A stretch of 32,000 nt of DNA, from NCBI GenBank assembly GCA_016933055.1, contig JAFGBS010000009.1, forward strand, positions 570,001 through 602,000, in the 5' to 3' direction. The translations under genes and the position numbers were made by a program. This document shows, in pieces, positions 17,961 through 27,388 of this stretch (the first letter of the stretch is position 1; each line of letters starts with the position of its first letter). The notes beneath the pieces were generated by a model. That model was not told the origin of the DNA. It searched no databases and saw only the letters and a list, made by a program, of their open reading frames with translations. This stretch comes from Promethearchaeota archaeon (GTDB lineage Archaea > Asgardarchaeota > Lokiarchaeia > Sigyniarchaeales > Promethearchaeaceae).

Positions 17961-18722
17961 TTATTCTATAGCTCTTGGGAGGTAAAATTTGCATAAAGAA
18001 CACTGAAAAACCGATAATCGTCCCTTGCTTCCTAGTTCAATGAAATTTGGTTTCATTTCAGAACCGCATTTTGGACAAGAATCTATAAAAGTCTCGTGAA
18101 TAATGTCTAAACTTTCATTTAAATCACGTTCTTGCTCCCATATTTCATATACATGATCAAATGCTTCCTTATTTGCCCAATATTTTAAATCATAGACATC
18201 ATCGGGAATTAAATACATATTATGTAATATCTCGATAAGTAACATAAATCGTAAACTGTCTTCAAGAGTATCTTTCGCACTGATCTTTTGCACTTTACGG
18301 GTTTCTTGGATAAGGTCATATTTCGGTTTATCTTTTTCAAGTTTAACTACGTGATAACTCTCTTTCCTACCATACATATAGTTGGATTTAATTTCATGTA
18401 TTTGGGGCCCATTCGTTCGTTTTTGATTTTTTATTTCACCCAATTGGACCTTTCGTATGACAGTGTCCGGTACATTTGAGTATTCTGGTAATTTTATAAT
18501 CCCTTCCTGCATCTGATTATAAGTATTTTCATCAAAATAGATCTGAAAAAACTCCCCTCGATCGATTACTCGAGCCCGAATTGGGAGAATTCCTGCATGT
18601 TTCGCTTTAAAAAAGAGTACAACCGCTTTTGCCTTCGTTTTTGAATCATACTCTCGGTAATCCGTTAAATACTTTTTTTTACTAAAGTATCTAACATGGG
18701 AGAATCGTTCTTTTGAAGACAT
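17961..18722 (-). CDS. Hypothetical protein with a C-terminal zinc ribbon
   Basis: CPKCG...x...CSLC at the extreme C-terminus. Confidence 0.7.
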   Translation of the reverse strand: MSSKERFSHVRYFSKKKYLTDYREYDSKTKAKAVVLFFKAKHAGILPIRARVIDRGEFFQIYFDENTYNQMQEGIIKLPEYSNVPDTVIRKVQLGEIKNQKRTNGPQIHEIKSNYMYGRKESYHVVKLEKDKPKYDLIQETRKVQKISAKDTLEDSLRFMLLIEILHNMYLIPDDVYDLKYWANKEAFDHVYEIWEQERDLNESLDIIHETFIDSCPKCGSEMKPNFIELGSKGRLSVFQCSLCKFYLPRAIE

Positions 18723-18889
18723 GGTTCATCAAACTATAGAATTGCGACTAAAAAAACGTGCCGATCTTTATCTTAGTTTAAAAACCAAACCTAAAAAAAT
18801 TTCACATTGAATGAGATTGATATATCATTTATGTTGCGAAGTTTATTGGGATAAAATAAGAGGACAAAATAATAACTCTTCACTCACTT

Positions 18890-19924
18890 TTATTTTTTAT
18901 ATTTTTTTAACAATTCTCTGTGTTGAAAAATCCCATGTTCTGTGATAATCCCACTTATCAAATCAAATGGAGTTATATCGAATGCGTAATTGATCACTTC
19001 GACACCGTCAGGGATAATCTCAACTTTTCCTAAAACATTTGAAACCTCCTTTCCATCTCGTTGTTCGATAGTCACATCTTTTCTAGTTTCATTCATAGAC
19101 AGTGTAGATTCGGGAGCTGCAACATAAAATGGGATATTATGGCGTTTCGCAGCTAAAGCTACCATATAAGTTCCAATTTTATTGAAAACGGCATCACGGA
19201 CGATTCGGTCCGCACCAACAATGACTTTATCCACTTTACCAAGCATCATCATTAAACCTGCGCAATTGTCACTTTGTACTTTTACTGGGATTTTATCATA
19301 TTGTAATTCAAAGGCGGTTAATCTAGCTCCTTGTAATCGAGGTCTGGTTTCATCGGCAATTACTTGGATGTTCTTACCTTGTTCTTCAATCGCCCATCTT
19401 ACAGGAGCTAATGCAGTCCCATATTGCACTGTTGCGAGACTTCCAGCGTTACAATGGGTTAGTACGGTATCTCCATTTTCTAAAATTTGGGCTCCATGTT
19501 TTCCAATGGCGTGATTGGTATCGATATCTTCCTTCCACATTAACTTCGCTTCTTCTATCATTAACTGGGCTATCTTTTTAGGATTCTGCTTAGAATTTGT
19601 ATCAATTATTCCTTGCATCCGATTAATTGCCCAAAATAGATTTACTGCAGTAGGACGGGTGGATCTCATTGTGTCTGAGGCTTGTTTCATATATGATCTG
19701 AAAGTCTTGTAATCCATATATTGAAATTCTAAGGCAGCCAAGCAAAATCCCATAGCTGCTGCTACACCGATAGCGGGTGCACCACGGATATTCATAATTT
19801 TTATAGAGTTGGCAACTTCTCTGTAATCTCGAAATTCGAGGAAATTAAGATTATGTGGAAGGACGGTTTGATCAATCATTTTTACGGTGTTTGTTTCATC
19901 TATCCACTCAATAGATGGTATCAT
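18890..19924 (-). CDS. mtnA: S-methyl-5-thioribose-1-phosphate isomerase (eIF2B-related family)
   Basis: IRGAPAIG, RPTAVNL, LTHCNAGSLAT, ETRPRLQGARLTA, VGADRI, NKIGTY, FDITP. Confidence 0.92.
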   Translation of the reverse strand: MIPSIEWIDETNTVKMIDQTVLPHNLNFLEFRDYREVANSIKIMNIRGAPAIGVAAAMGFCLAALEFQYMDYKTFRSYMKQASDTMRSTRPTAVNLFWAINRMQGIIDTNSKQNPKKIAQLMIEEAKLMWKEDIDTNHAIGKHGAQILENGDTVLTHCNAGSLATVQYGTALAPVRWAIEEQGKNIQVIADETRPRLQGARLTAFELQYDKIPVKVQSDNCAGLMMMLGKVDKVIVGADRIVRDAVFNKIGTYMVALAAKRHNIPFYVAAPESTLSMNETRKDVTIEQRDGKEVSNVLGKVEIIPDGVEVINYAFDITPFDLISGIITEHGIFQHRELLKKYKK

Positions 19925-19965
19925 AAGGTGTAGTTTATGTATCTTGTTGAAATAATTTTTGGTGA

Positions 19966-20547
19966 TTACATAGTTTTTTTGACAAAGTTGTAAATCGAAC
20001 TGTACTCGAAATTATCCCTATGAACAAGTAAGCCTTGTATTTTTTCTTTATAATGAAAGCCAAATTCTTCTACTTCCATAACTACATCTTTAATTGTTAA
20101 ATCTTTGAAATTCCAAAACGGGAAAACATCGTCTTTCGTATGTTTAGGATGAAGTGATAAAACTCCCGTCTCTGATTTTAATATCGGAAATATTGCACGA
20201 TATGTCTGTACACGTTGTTTTTGATTCAGATAATGGAGAACATCATACAATAAGAAAAAATCGATCGACTCTTCATAAACTGAATCTGGAATTCTGTTTG
20301 AATGAATTATTTGAATTATGTCGTCATATTCTGTATTTCGGATTTTTTGCCTCAATTTTCTGATAGGAGCATTATCCTTATCAATTGCATAGACTATTCC
20401 GGAATCTCCAACAACTTGGGCCAAAACAATAGAATATCGTCCTTCATGGCAACCGAAATCGATCACGGTGTCCCCATATTTAACTCCAATTTTCTCTATG
20501 AATTGTTTCCCGTATATTTTTTCCCATTCGATCTCCCAAGTGTCCAT
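19966..20547 (-). CDS. Class I SAM-dependent methyltransferase
   Basis: VIDFGCHEGRY motif I, VYAIDKD, SIDFFLLYDVLHY. Confidence 0.85.
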   Translation of the reverse strand: MDTWEIEWEKIYGKQFIEKIGVKYGDTVIDFGCHEGRYSIVLAQVVGDSGIVYAIDKDNAPIRKLRQKIRNTEYDDIIQIIHSNRIPDSVYEESIDFFLLYDVLHYLNQKQRVQTYRAIFPILKSETGVLSLHPKHTKDDVFPFWNFKDLTIKDVVMEVEEFGFHYKEKIQGLLVHRDNFEYSSIYNFVKKTM

Positions 20548-20617
20548 AAACTCATGTTATTGGAATTAAATTTTTAATTCTTGTGAATTGCTACTTCATT
20601 TTCCGATGACTCTGTAG

Positions 20618-22021
20618 TTAGGACGATATTATTTCTAATGGTGTTTGATACCGTTCCATAAGGCGCCTGAAGATCTTTCTGTAAATCTTTCGAACAAGAT
20701 GAGATTTAAAAAAAAAACGAAATATCCTAAGACCTACATAAGGTTTTTTTCCCCATTTTCCTTTCTCTCTCTTGGAGAATTTGAGTTTCTTAATTTTAAA
20801 ATTCTTCTGGAACATACTTTTTAACATTACGATTGTGATAATAGCGATAAGATCCCAAGCGCGTTCCTCGTGCCGTTTCAGAGACACGTCTATATTCTCT
20901 CCCATAGCCATGCGAACGAGCTCAATGTGGTGGAATATTTTTAAATCATAATCCAATAATTCGCGTGCCGCCCATAATAAATAAACACAGCCTGTGCAAT
21001 AGGTGACTAATATATCAGAACCCGTAGCAATTACTTCTTGAAATTTAGTCTCCGTAGTAATCATCATATCAAATGGGATGCTAAATTCATGTCCAGTCTG
21101 CCAGGAGCATCCTGCCCCAAATCCACAACACAATGCCAAATCACGATTATGTTCCATTTCTACAATTTCACAGCCTGTTTTAGAAATCACTTCTCTAGCC
21201 AGATCCCAATAGGTTTTTCCTTCTACTATACCAGATTTCGAATAACAATTATCATGGACAGTAACTCTCATGTCTAACTTTTTTGGTAGTGCTATCTTTC
21301 TGGATTCTATCATATCTAGAAGCCATCTGTTGAAATTTATCACTTTCTGGTCAAATTGGATTCTCATCTCTTGTGGATGCACATAATTTAACATATGTTC
21401 AACGGCATCTAATGAAGTAATTATTGTTTTCACACCCCATTCGTCGAAATAGTGTTTACATTGTTTTCCGATGTCCTCAACTAAGTCTAAATATCCAAGT
21501 TGGTACGGATATGCACCACATTCCCAGTGATCTAAAAGATCCACAACGGTGAAATGATCTAAAAGTTGACTGCCTGAGATTATGAATGACATCAGGTGGG
21601 TGTAATTTCCAGCCAATAGAATATTCTCTTTCGGAGGAGTCCGCATCCACAATTGGATTTGATCATTCTCTATTTTTGGGGCTAACTGGCGCAACATTTC
21701 CCATACATTATTTTTCTCCGTAGGAACGACAAATCTGTATAATGCAGGTGCACCTCGTTCGTTATATTGAATGTTCCAGTTTTCTAAGATGAGCTGATAC
21801 GGTTTACAGTCGTATGGACAGATCAAATTACAAGAAAAGCAACTTGTACAATGTTTCAATACATATTCCGATTCTTGATGATGAATTAAGCGCATAATTT
21901 CATTTTTCGCGACTTCAAGCGGTAAGTGCATCACAGGACAATCCATAAAGCATTTTCCGCAACGAGTGCACTCATCCATTTTGAATACATTATGAATTCG
22001 TCTACTTTCCATCTCGACCAT
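20618..22021 (-). CDS. HdrD/GlpC-like Fe-S protein (2x[4Fe-4S] + CCG domains), paralog 1
   Basis: CTRCGKCFMDCP, CTSCFSCNLICP, HDNCY, LCCGFG, YCTGC; the first CCG domain is degenerate (WECGAY). Confidence 0.85.
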   Translation of the reverse strand: MVEMESRRIHNVFKMDECTRCGKCFMDCPVMHLPLEVAKNEIMRLIHHQESEYVLKHCTSCFSCNLICPYDCKPYQLILENWNIQYNERGAPALYRFVVPTEKNNVWEMLRQLAPKIENDQIQLWMRTPPKENILLAGNYTHLMSFIISGSQLLDHFTVVDLLDHWECGAYPYQLGYLDLVEDIGKQCKHYFDEWGVKTIITSLDAVEHMLNYVHPQEMRIQFDQKVINFNRWLLDMIESRKIALPKKLDMRVTVHDNCYSKSGIVEGKTYWDLAREVISKTGCEIVEMEHNRDLALCCGFGAGCSWQTGHEFSIPFDMMITTETKFQEVIATGSDILVTYCTGCVYLLWAARELLDYDLKIFHHIELVRMAMGENIDVSLKRHEERAWDLIAIITIVMLKSMFQKNFKIKKLKFSKREKGKWGKKPYVGLRIFRFFFKSHLVRKIYRKIFRRLMERYQTPLEIISS

Positions 22022-23274
22022 TAATATGCATCCTCCTCAGGGTCTTCTGGAATCTCTGGGATCTTAAACCTCTTAGGTGATAATAATCTTGGCATTTGAT
22101 TTTTCATTATCCCCCAGAACATATTTTGTGCAGTATGTTCTACGAGACGTATTGGAGTTTCTCCAATAGCTAGCTGAATCAGTTCAATGATATGATAAAT
22201 CGGAGGTGTTTTTTTCAGATACAATTTTTTGGCAGTAAAATACTGTTGTAAACAACCACTACAATATACACAAATAGCGGAAGCTCCCGTAGCTTTAGCA
22301 TCATCAAGATTTTTTACTGTGGCATCCCGGATCTTCAAACTATTATATGCAGAATCTACGGAAAAGCCTGCCCCGATCCCACAACACCGCATATTTTCTC
22401 GACTCTTTTCCATCTCTACAATATCACATCCAATCCTCCTCAAAATATTCCGAGGTAGATCCATATATTGATCTCCGAACATTTTCGAATAACACGATTC
22501 TTGAATTGTAACCGTCATGTTAAGAGGTTTGGTAACAACAATTTCTCCTTTTTCGAACTTTTCCCATAACCATTCAATATAAGATGTGATTTTCTCGAAC
22601 TGGTAAGTAAGTCCATAATGAGGAAGCACATTTTTGAATACATTTGTTCCAGCGGTGCATAAAACAAGCAATTTTTTCGGTTTCAGTGTATTAAACCATT
22701 TATCTAGTCGTTTTGTAACTTGAAATAACTCTTTTTTATAACCCGTACGGAATAATGTTTCGCCACAACAATATTCCAATCTTCCTCGTATGTCTAAGTC
22801 CGCAAATATTTTAGTTTGCGTAAGAGTAGGTGTTAGGATTACATTGCATCCGGGATAGGTTAGAGTATCTCCTTTAAGCGGATCTAAACTACTCCACTGC
22901 TTTAATAAATGTTTTTCTTCCCTAGTCATTTTATCCGCAGCATAGGAACGGAAATTTGGATAATTTGGGTAAAGTGTCATGAAATACTTTCCTCTTACTT
23001 TTAATCCTTCTTTCTTATATTGCTCATTCCAACGCTTGAGGATAAGGGATGCAGGATTTGCTTGTTTTTGACAATAAAGATTACATGTGAAGCAGCTTTG
23101 GCAATCACGAAGCAGTTTTTTTGTCTTTTCTTTCACTATTAACCTACGCATTTCCTCTTTGGCTTCTTCTATCGTATAATCAATAATGGGACAATGAATT
23201 AAGCACTCCCCGCACACAGTACATGCATCAGGTTTAAATTCGCCAAAAAAATCGAGTGTTACGGGTTCAACCAT
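22021..23274 (-). CDS. HdrD/GlpC-like Fe-S protein (2x[4Fe-4S] + CCG domains), paralog 2
   Basis: CTVCGECLIHCP, CQSCFTCNLYC, YPGC, YCCGE, ESCYS, RCCGIG, YCSGC; TAATG 1-bp overlap with paralog 1. Confidence 0.85.
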   Translation of the reverse strand: MVEPVTLDFFGEFKPDACTVCGECLIHCPIIDYTIEEAKEEMRRLIVKEKTKKLLRDCQSCFTCNLYCQKQANPASLILKRWNEQYKKEGLKVRGKYFMTLYPNYPNFRSYAADKMTREEKHLLKQWSSLDPLKGDTLTYPGCNVILTPTLTQTKIFADLDIRGRLEYCCGETLFRTGYKKELFQVTKRLDKWFNTLKPKKLLVLCTAGTNVFKNVLPHYGLTYQFEKITSYIEWLWEKFEKGEIVVTKPLNMTVTIQESCYSKMFGDQYMDLPRNILRRIGCDIVEMEKSRENMRCCGIGAGFSVDSAYNSLKIRDATVKNLDDAKATGASAICVYCSGCLQQYFTAKKLYLKKTPPIYHIIELIQLAIGETPIRLVEHTAQNMFWGIMKNQMPRLLSPKRFKIPEIPEDPEEDAY

Positions 23275-23487
23275 ATCATTTTTCTATGCGTTACAGGTTT
23301 ATATCTCTTCTCATTGGAAAAATATCAAAATACTGATAATTTTAACTCATAGGGTAGGGAATGGGTAACATGTGGGCAAATGGGACTTATTCGGGACTAG
23401 ATAAATGTCTTCAACGGAAGATATATTATTAATAAGTACAATATTGATATAGTATTAATTCAGACTGATTTTTAAGAGGATTTAAGC

Positions 23488-24105
23488 ATGCATAATTCTC
23501 ACGGATACAATATTTTAACTGTCGGTGTTGGAGGAACTGGGGTCATTAGTGCTACTCAGATACTTGCTTGGGCTGCTTTGGAGGATAATTATCAAGTCAG
23601 AACCGCTGAGACGCATGGTATGGCCCAAAGGGGAGGAAGTGTCGTGGGCTATCTAAGATTTGGATCTAATGTTAAAGGACCTCTAATCTATAAAGCGGAT
23701 GTTATATTATCTTTTGAGTTGAGTGAAATTCTTAGATATAGTGAATATATAAATGAAAAAACGAGTCTTTTTGTCAGCAAGGATATACTCATTCCTCCCT
23801 CTGTATATACTTATAATATTCCCTATCCAAGTCAAGATGTTATTCTTAATCATTTACGCAAAATCACCCATCATGTGCATTTGATAGACGCAGGTAAAAT
23901 GGCAAAAAATGCTGGAAACCCTAAAACCTCTAATGTGGTACTAATTGGAACCATATATGGAGCGGGAAAATTACCTATTCAAGAATCCTCTCTAAAAAAT
24001 GCCATCATTAAATTTGTTCCTGACAGGGCAAAAAAAATTAATGAAATCGCTTTTCAAATAGGTATCCAATATGGTAGAAAAATCAAGGAGGGTTTTTATG
24101 AATAA
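23488..24105 (+). CDS. iorB: Indolepyruvate:ferredoxin oxidoreductase beta subunit
   Basis: GVGGTGVI, AETHGMAQRGGSV, SFELSE, NVVLIG. Confidence 0.92.
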   Translation: MHNSHGYNILTVGVGGTGVISATQILAWAALEDNYQVRTAETHGMAQRGGSVVGYLRFGSNVKGPLIYKADVILSFELSEILRYSEYINEKTSLFVSKDILIPPSVYTYNIPYPSQDVILNHLRKITHHVHLIDAGKMAKNAGNPKTSNVVLIGTIYGAGKLPIQESSLKNAIIKFVPDRAKKINEIAFQIGIQYGRKIKEGFYE

Positions 24106-25999
24106 ACCAGATTATGCAGAAGATTCACCTGGTAAAGAACTTATTTTGATGGGAAATGAAGCAATTGCTCGTGGAATATTGGAAGGTGGAGCGATTATAG
24201 CGGTAGGATATCCCGGTACACCTTCTTCAGAAATATTAGCCACACTCGCCACCATGCAAAAATTTCATTCCCATTTAATGCTCGAATGGTCTATTAATGA
24301 AAAAGTAGCAATGGAAGTTGCTTATGGGGGAGCTCTTTCAAATTTGAGGTCTGTAGCGGTGATGAAACATGTGGGATTAAATGTTGCATCTGATGCCTTC
24401 ATGACCGCATGTTATACCGGCGTTCGAGGCGGGTTAGTTGTGATATCTGCAGACGATCCCAATTGTTATAGCAGTCAAAATGAGCAAGATAATCGCTATT
24501 TTGGACCTCATGCTTTGATTCCGGTAATTGAACCCAGCTCTCCTCAAGAAGCAAAAAATATGATCAAAGATGCGTTCACATTCTCTGAGAAACACAAGAC
24601 TATCGTACTATTTCGAACTACCACTCGGTTGAACCATGGTCGAGCGAACGTGATACTCGGAGATATACAAAAAACTGAAACTAAACCCGATTTCGATCGT
24701 AATCCCAGTAAATATGTATGTGTTCCGTCAAATTCACGAAGAATGCGAAAGGAACTTCTCCAACGCTTGGAAAAAATCAGTGAGGAATCCGATTCGTATC
24801 CTTTTACCTCCCTAACACTATCAGAAAAACGCATAAACGGGAAGAAGTTTGGTTTTATTTCTGCAGGTATTCCTTATGCTCATTTAATGGACGCCTTAGA
24901 ATATTTCAAAATAGCTGAAAACGTTTCAATCTTAAAGATAGGTATGATCTATCCTCCTCCTAAGAAATTAATACAAAAACTACTTGAAAATTGTGATGAA
25001 ATCCTAATTGTTGAAGAATTAGAACCCGTAATTGAAAATTTCGTAAAACAAATTGCCTACGATTCGAAAATTACTACTATCATACATGGAAAAGATGTGT
25101 TTCCTATAGCAGGTGAATTTCCTGTGAAATTGTACTTAGAAAAAACTGCTGCGTTTATTGGTAAGGAATTTGCAACGCAAGAACTTCTCGAATCTGACAT
25201 TGAATTACCTCCCCGCCTCCCCTTACTTTGTCCGGGATGTAGCCATCGTTCTACTTATTGGGCTCTGAAACAAGCGGAAAAGAAATTAAAAATCAACGCA
25301 TTTAAATCCGGAGATATTGGGTGCTACACATTAGGAGTGTACAAACCCTTAGAGAGCTTGAATGCACAAATTTGTATGGGTTCTTCCATTGGGGTCGCAA
25401 ACGCACTATCCAAAGTCCAAACTGATAAAGAGCCAGTTGTAGCGATTATTGGAGATAGTACTTTCTTTCATTCTGGTGTCTCGGGTTTGATCAATGCCGT
25501 CTATAATCAGAACAATTTCCTTGTGATTATTCTTGATAATCAATCGACCAGTATGACAGGTATGCAACCCAATCCAGGTACAGGTGTTAAAATAACCGAA
25601 GAATCTGGAACTAAAGTTATTCTTAGAGATTTAGTAAAGGGATGTGGTATTCCAGAAGAAAATATCTGGATTGAGGATTCTAACAACATTCCGAAAATGG
25701 TAGAAAAACTCGAGGAAGCACTACAAGCAAAAGGGATCCGTGTGTTCATTTCAAGACATGTTTGCTCGCTACTAGAAATTCGAGAATGGAAAGAACAAAA
25801 AGTAGTTATGCCGGAAGTTAAGGTGGACCCCGAAAAATGTATAGGATGTATGACGTGCATTCGTAAATTTGGATGTCCTGCATTAGTCGAGATTGAATAT
25901 AATGGGAAGAAAAAATCCTCAATTGATCCCTCAATCTGCCGTAGATGTCAAGTTTGTATAGATGTTTGCCCATATGGAGCAATTTATTGCGAGGAATGA
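24098..25999 (+). CDS. iorA: Indolepyruvate:ferredoxin oxidoreductase alpha subunit
   Basis: MGNEAIARG, GYPGTPSSE, NEKVAME, MKHVGLNVA, SQNEQD, CPGCSHR, GDIGCY, TPP motif IGDSTFFHSG..N, C-terminal 2x[4Fe-4S]. Start moved from 24071 to ATG 24098 because aaggagg lies just upstream and it overlaps the iorB stop. Confidence 0.95.
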   Translation: MNKPDYAEDSPGKELILMGNEAIARGILEGGAIIAVGYPGTPSSEILATLATMQKFHSHLMLEWSINEKVAMEVAYGGALSNLRSVAVMKHVGLNVASDAFMTACYTGVRGGLVVISADDPNCYSSQNEQDNRYFGPHALIPVIEPSSPQEAKNMIKDAFTFSEKHKTIVLFRTTTRLNHGRANVILGDIQKTETKPDFDRNPSKYVCVPSNSRRMRKELLQRLEKISEESDSYPFTSLTLSEKRINGKKFGFISAGIPYAHLMDALEYFKIAENVSILKIGMIYPPPKKLIQKLLENCDEILIVEELEPVIENFVKQIAYDSKITTIIHGKDVFPIAGEFPVKLYLEKTAAFIGKEFATQELLESDIELPPRLPLLCPGCSHRSTYWALKQAEKKLKINAFKSGDIGCYTLGVYKPLESLNAQICMGSSIGVANALSKVQTDKEPVVAIIGDSTFFHSGVSGLINAVYNQNNFLVIILDNQSTSMTGMQPNPGTGVKITEESGTKVILRDLVKGCGIPEENIWIEDSNNIPKMVEKLEEALQAKGIRVFISRHVCSLLEIREWKEQKVVMPEVKVDPEKCIGCMTCIRKFGCPALVEIEYNGKKKSSIDPSICRRCQVCIDVCPYGAIYCEE

Positions 26000-26002
26000 A
26001 TT

Positions 26003-27388
26003 ATGGAATATTTCTTTAATCCGAAAAAAATAGTAGTTGTCGGCGCAACTGCAAATCCCAGAAAATTTGGGAATGTTGTAACTTCTAATATTCTTAGTAA
26101 CAAAGAACGGGATTATATCGTATATCTTGTTTCATTAAAAAAACAAAAAATTAATGGTTTAGGAACTTATGAATCTATTTTAGATATTCCCGATTCTATT
26201 GATTTAGCTATAATCCTAGTACCTGCTCCTGCAGTGGAAGAAATAATAGACAGTTGTATCAAGAAAGCAGTCAAGGGTATTATAATTGTCTCGGGAGGAT
26301 TTGGAGAAATAAATGAAACAGGCAAAATTTTAGAAAGGCGAATCGCAAATAAATGTAAACAAGCAGGAATTCGAGTTATCGGACCCAATTGTGTTGGCAT
26401 CCAAAACTTGGATATAGGGTTGAATGCATCTTTTATTTTAACACCACCTAAAGGAAAAGTTAGTTTTATTACTCAATCAGGAAGTTTTGGCGCAGCGGTG
26501 CTTTATGCAATGAATAATGAGCACTTAGGTTGCTCGAAGTTCGCTAATCTAGGCAATATGATCGATGTTTCTTACAGCGAGGTTTTAGACTATTTAAACA
26601 AAGATCCCAACACTGATGTAATTTGTATGTACTTGGAATCGGTTGCAGATGGTCGAGATTTTTTTTCCTCTATTAAACAAGTAATCCCAAATAAACCCAT
26701 ACTTGTATTGAAAGGAGGAAGAACCGTAACGGGTATGAGTGCTGCTTCTAGTCATACAGGATCGCTTTCTACGAATTATCAGTTACTAAAAAGTGCAGTG
26801 GATCAAGCAGGAGGTCATATGATCGAATACATTGCCGATTATACCACTGCTTTGAAAGCATTTGCGTATTTTCCTATCCCGCAAGGAAATAGAATTGGTG
26901 TAATGACCAATAGTGGTGGAAGTTCCGTGCTTTTTAGTGACCAAGCGGAACGATTCGGTTTGAACATAACAGAATTCTCTGATGAATTGATTGAAAGAAT
27001 ACGACCTCATGTAATCCCGTTGGTAAAAATGGTAAATCCACTTGACATGATTGCCGGTGCGAGAGAGGAACAGTATTATCACGTTGCAAAAGCCATGCTG
27101 GAAAGTAAAGATATCGACATAGTTGTTGGCTGTTGTGTAATAACACCCTTTTTAGAAATTCAATGGGACGAACATTATCGAGGAATGATTCGGGCGTGGA
27201 ATGAAACAGGTAGAAAAAAACCCATGATCCCGTTATTAGTATTTGCAGATTCTTTCCCTCAGATTCATGCATTATCTGAAAAGGAAAAAATAACAGCATT
27301 TTATACCCCCTATCAAGCAGCTTATGCCTGTAAAGTTCTAATCGATAGGATGAACTACTTAAAAAAAATACACGAGGATAAAAAATGA
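26003..27388 (+). CDS. acdA: ADP-forming acetate/acyl-CoA ligase alpha subunit (CoA-binding + ligase domains)
   Basis: VVGAT, GGFGE, IGPNCVG, TQSGSFG, LGNMIDV, YLES, LKGGRT..AASSHTG (phospho-His), TNSGG, NPLDM. Confidence 0.9.
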   Translation: MEYFFNPKKIVVVGATANPRKFGNVVTSNILSNKERDYIVYLVSLKKQKINGLGTYESILDIPDSIDLAIILVPAPAVEEIIDSCIKKAVKGIIIVSGGFGEINETGKILERRIANKCKQAGIRVIGPNCVGIQNLDIGLNASFILTPPKGKVSFITQSGSFGAAVLYAMNNEHLGCSKFANLGNMIDVSYSEVLDYLNKDPNTDVICMYLESVADGRDFFSSIKQVIPNKPILVLKGGRTVTGMSAASSHTGSLSTNYQLLKSAVDQAGGHMIEYIADYTTALKAFAYFPIPQGNRIGVMTNSGGSSVLFSDQAERFGLNITEFSDELIERIRPHVIPLVKMVNPLDMIAGAREEQYYHVAKAMLESKDIDIVVGCCVITPFLEIQWDEHYRGMIRAWNETGRKKPMIPLLVFADSFPQIHALSEKEKITAFYTPYQAAYACKVLIDRMNYLKKIHEDKK

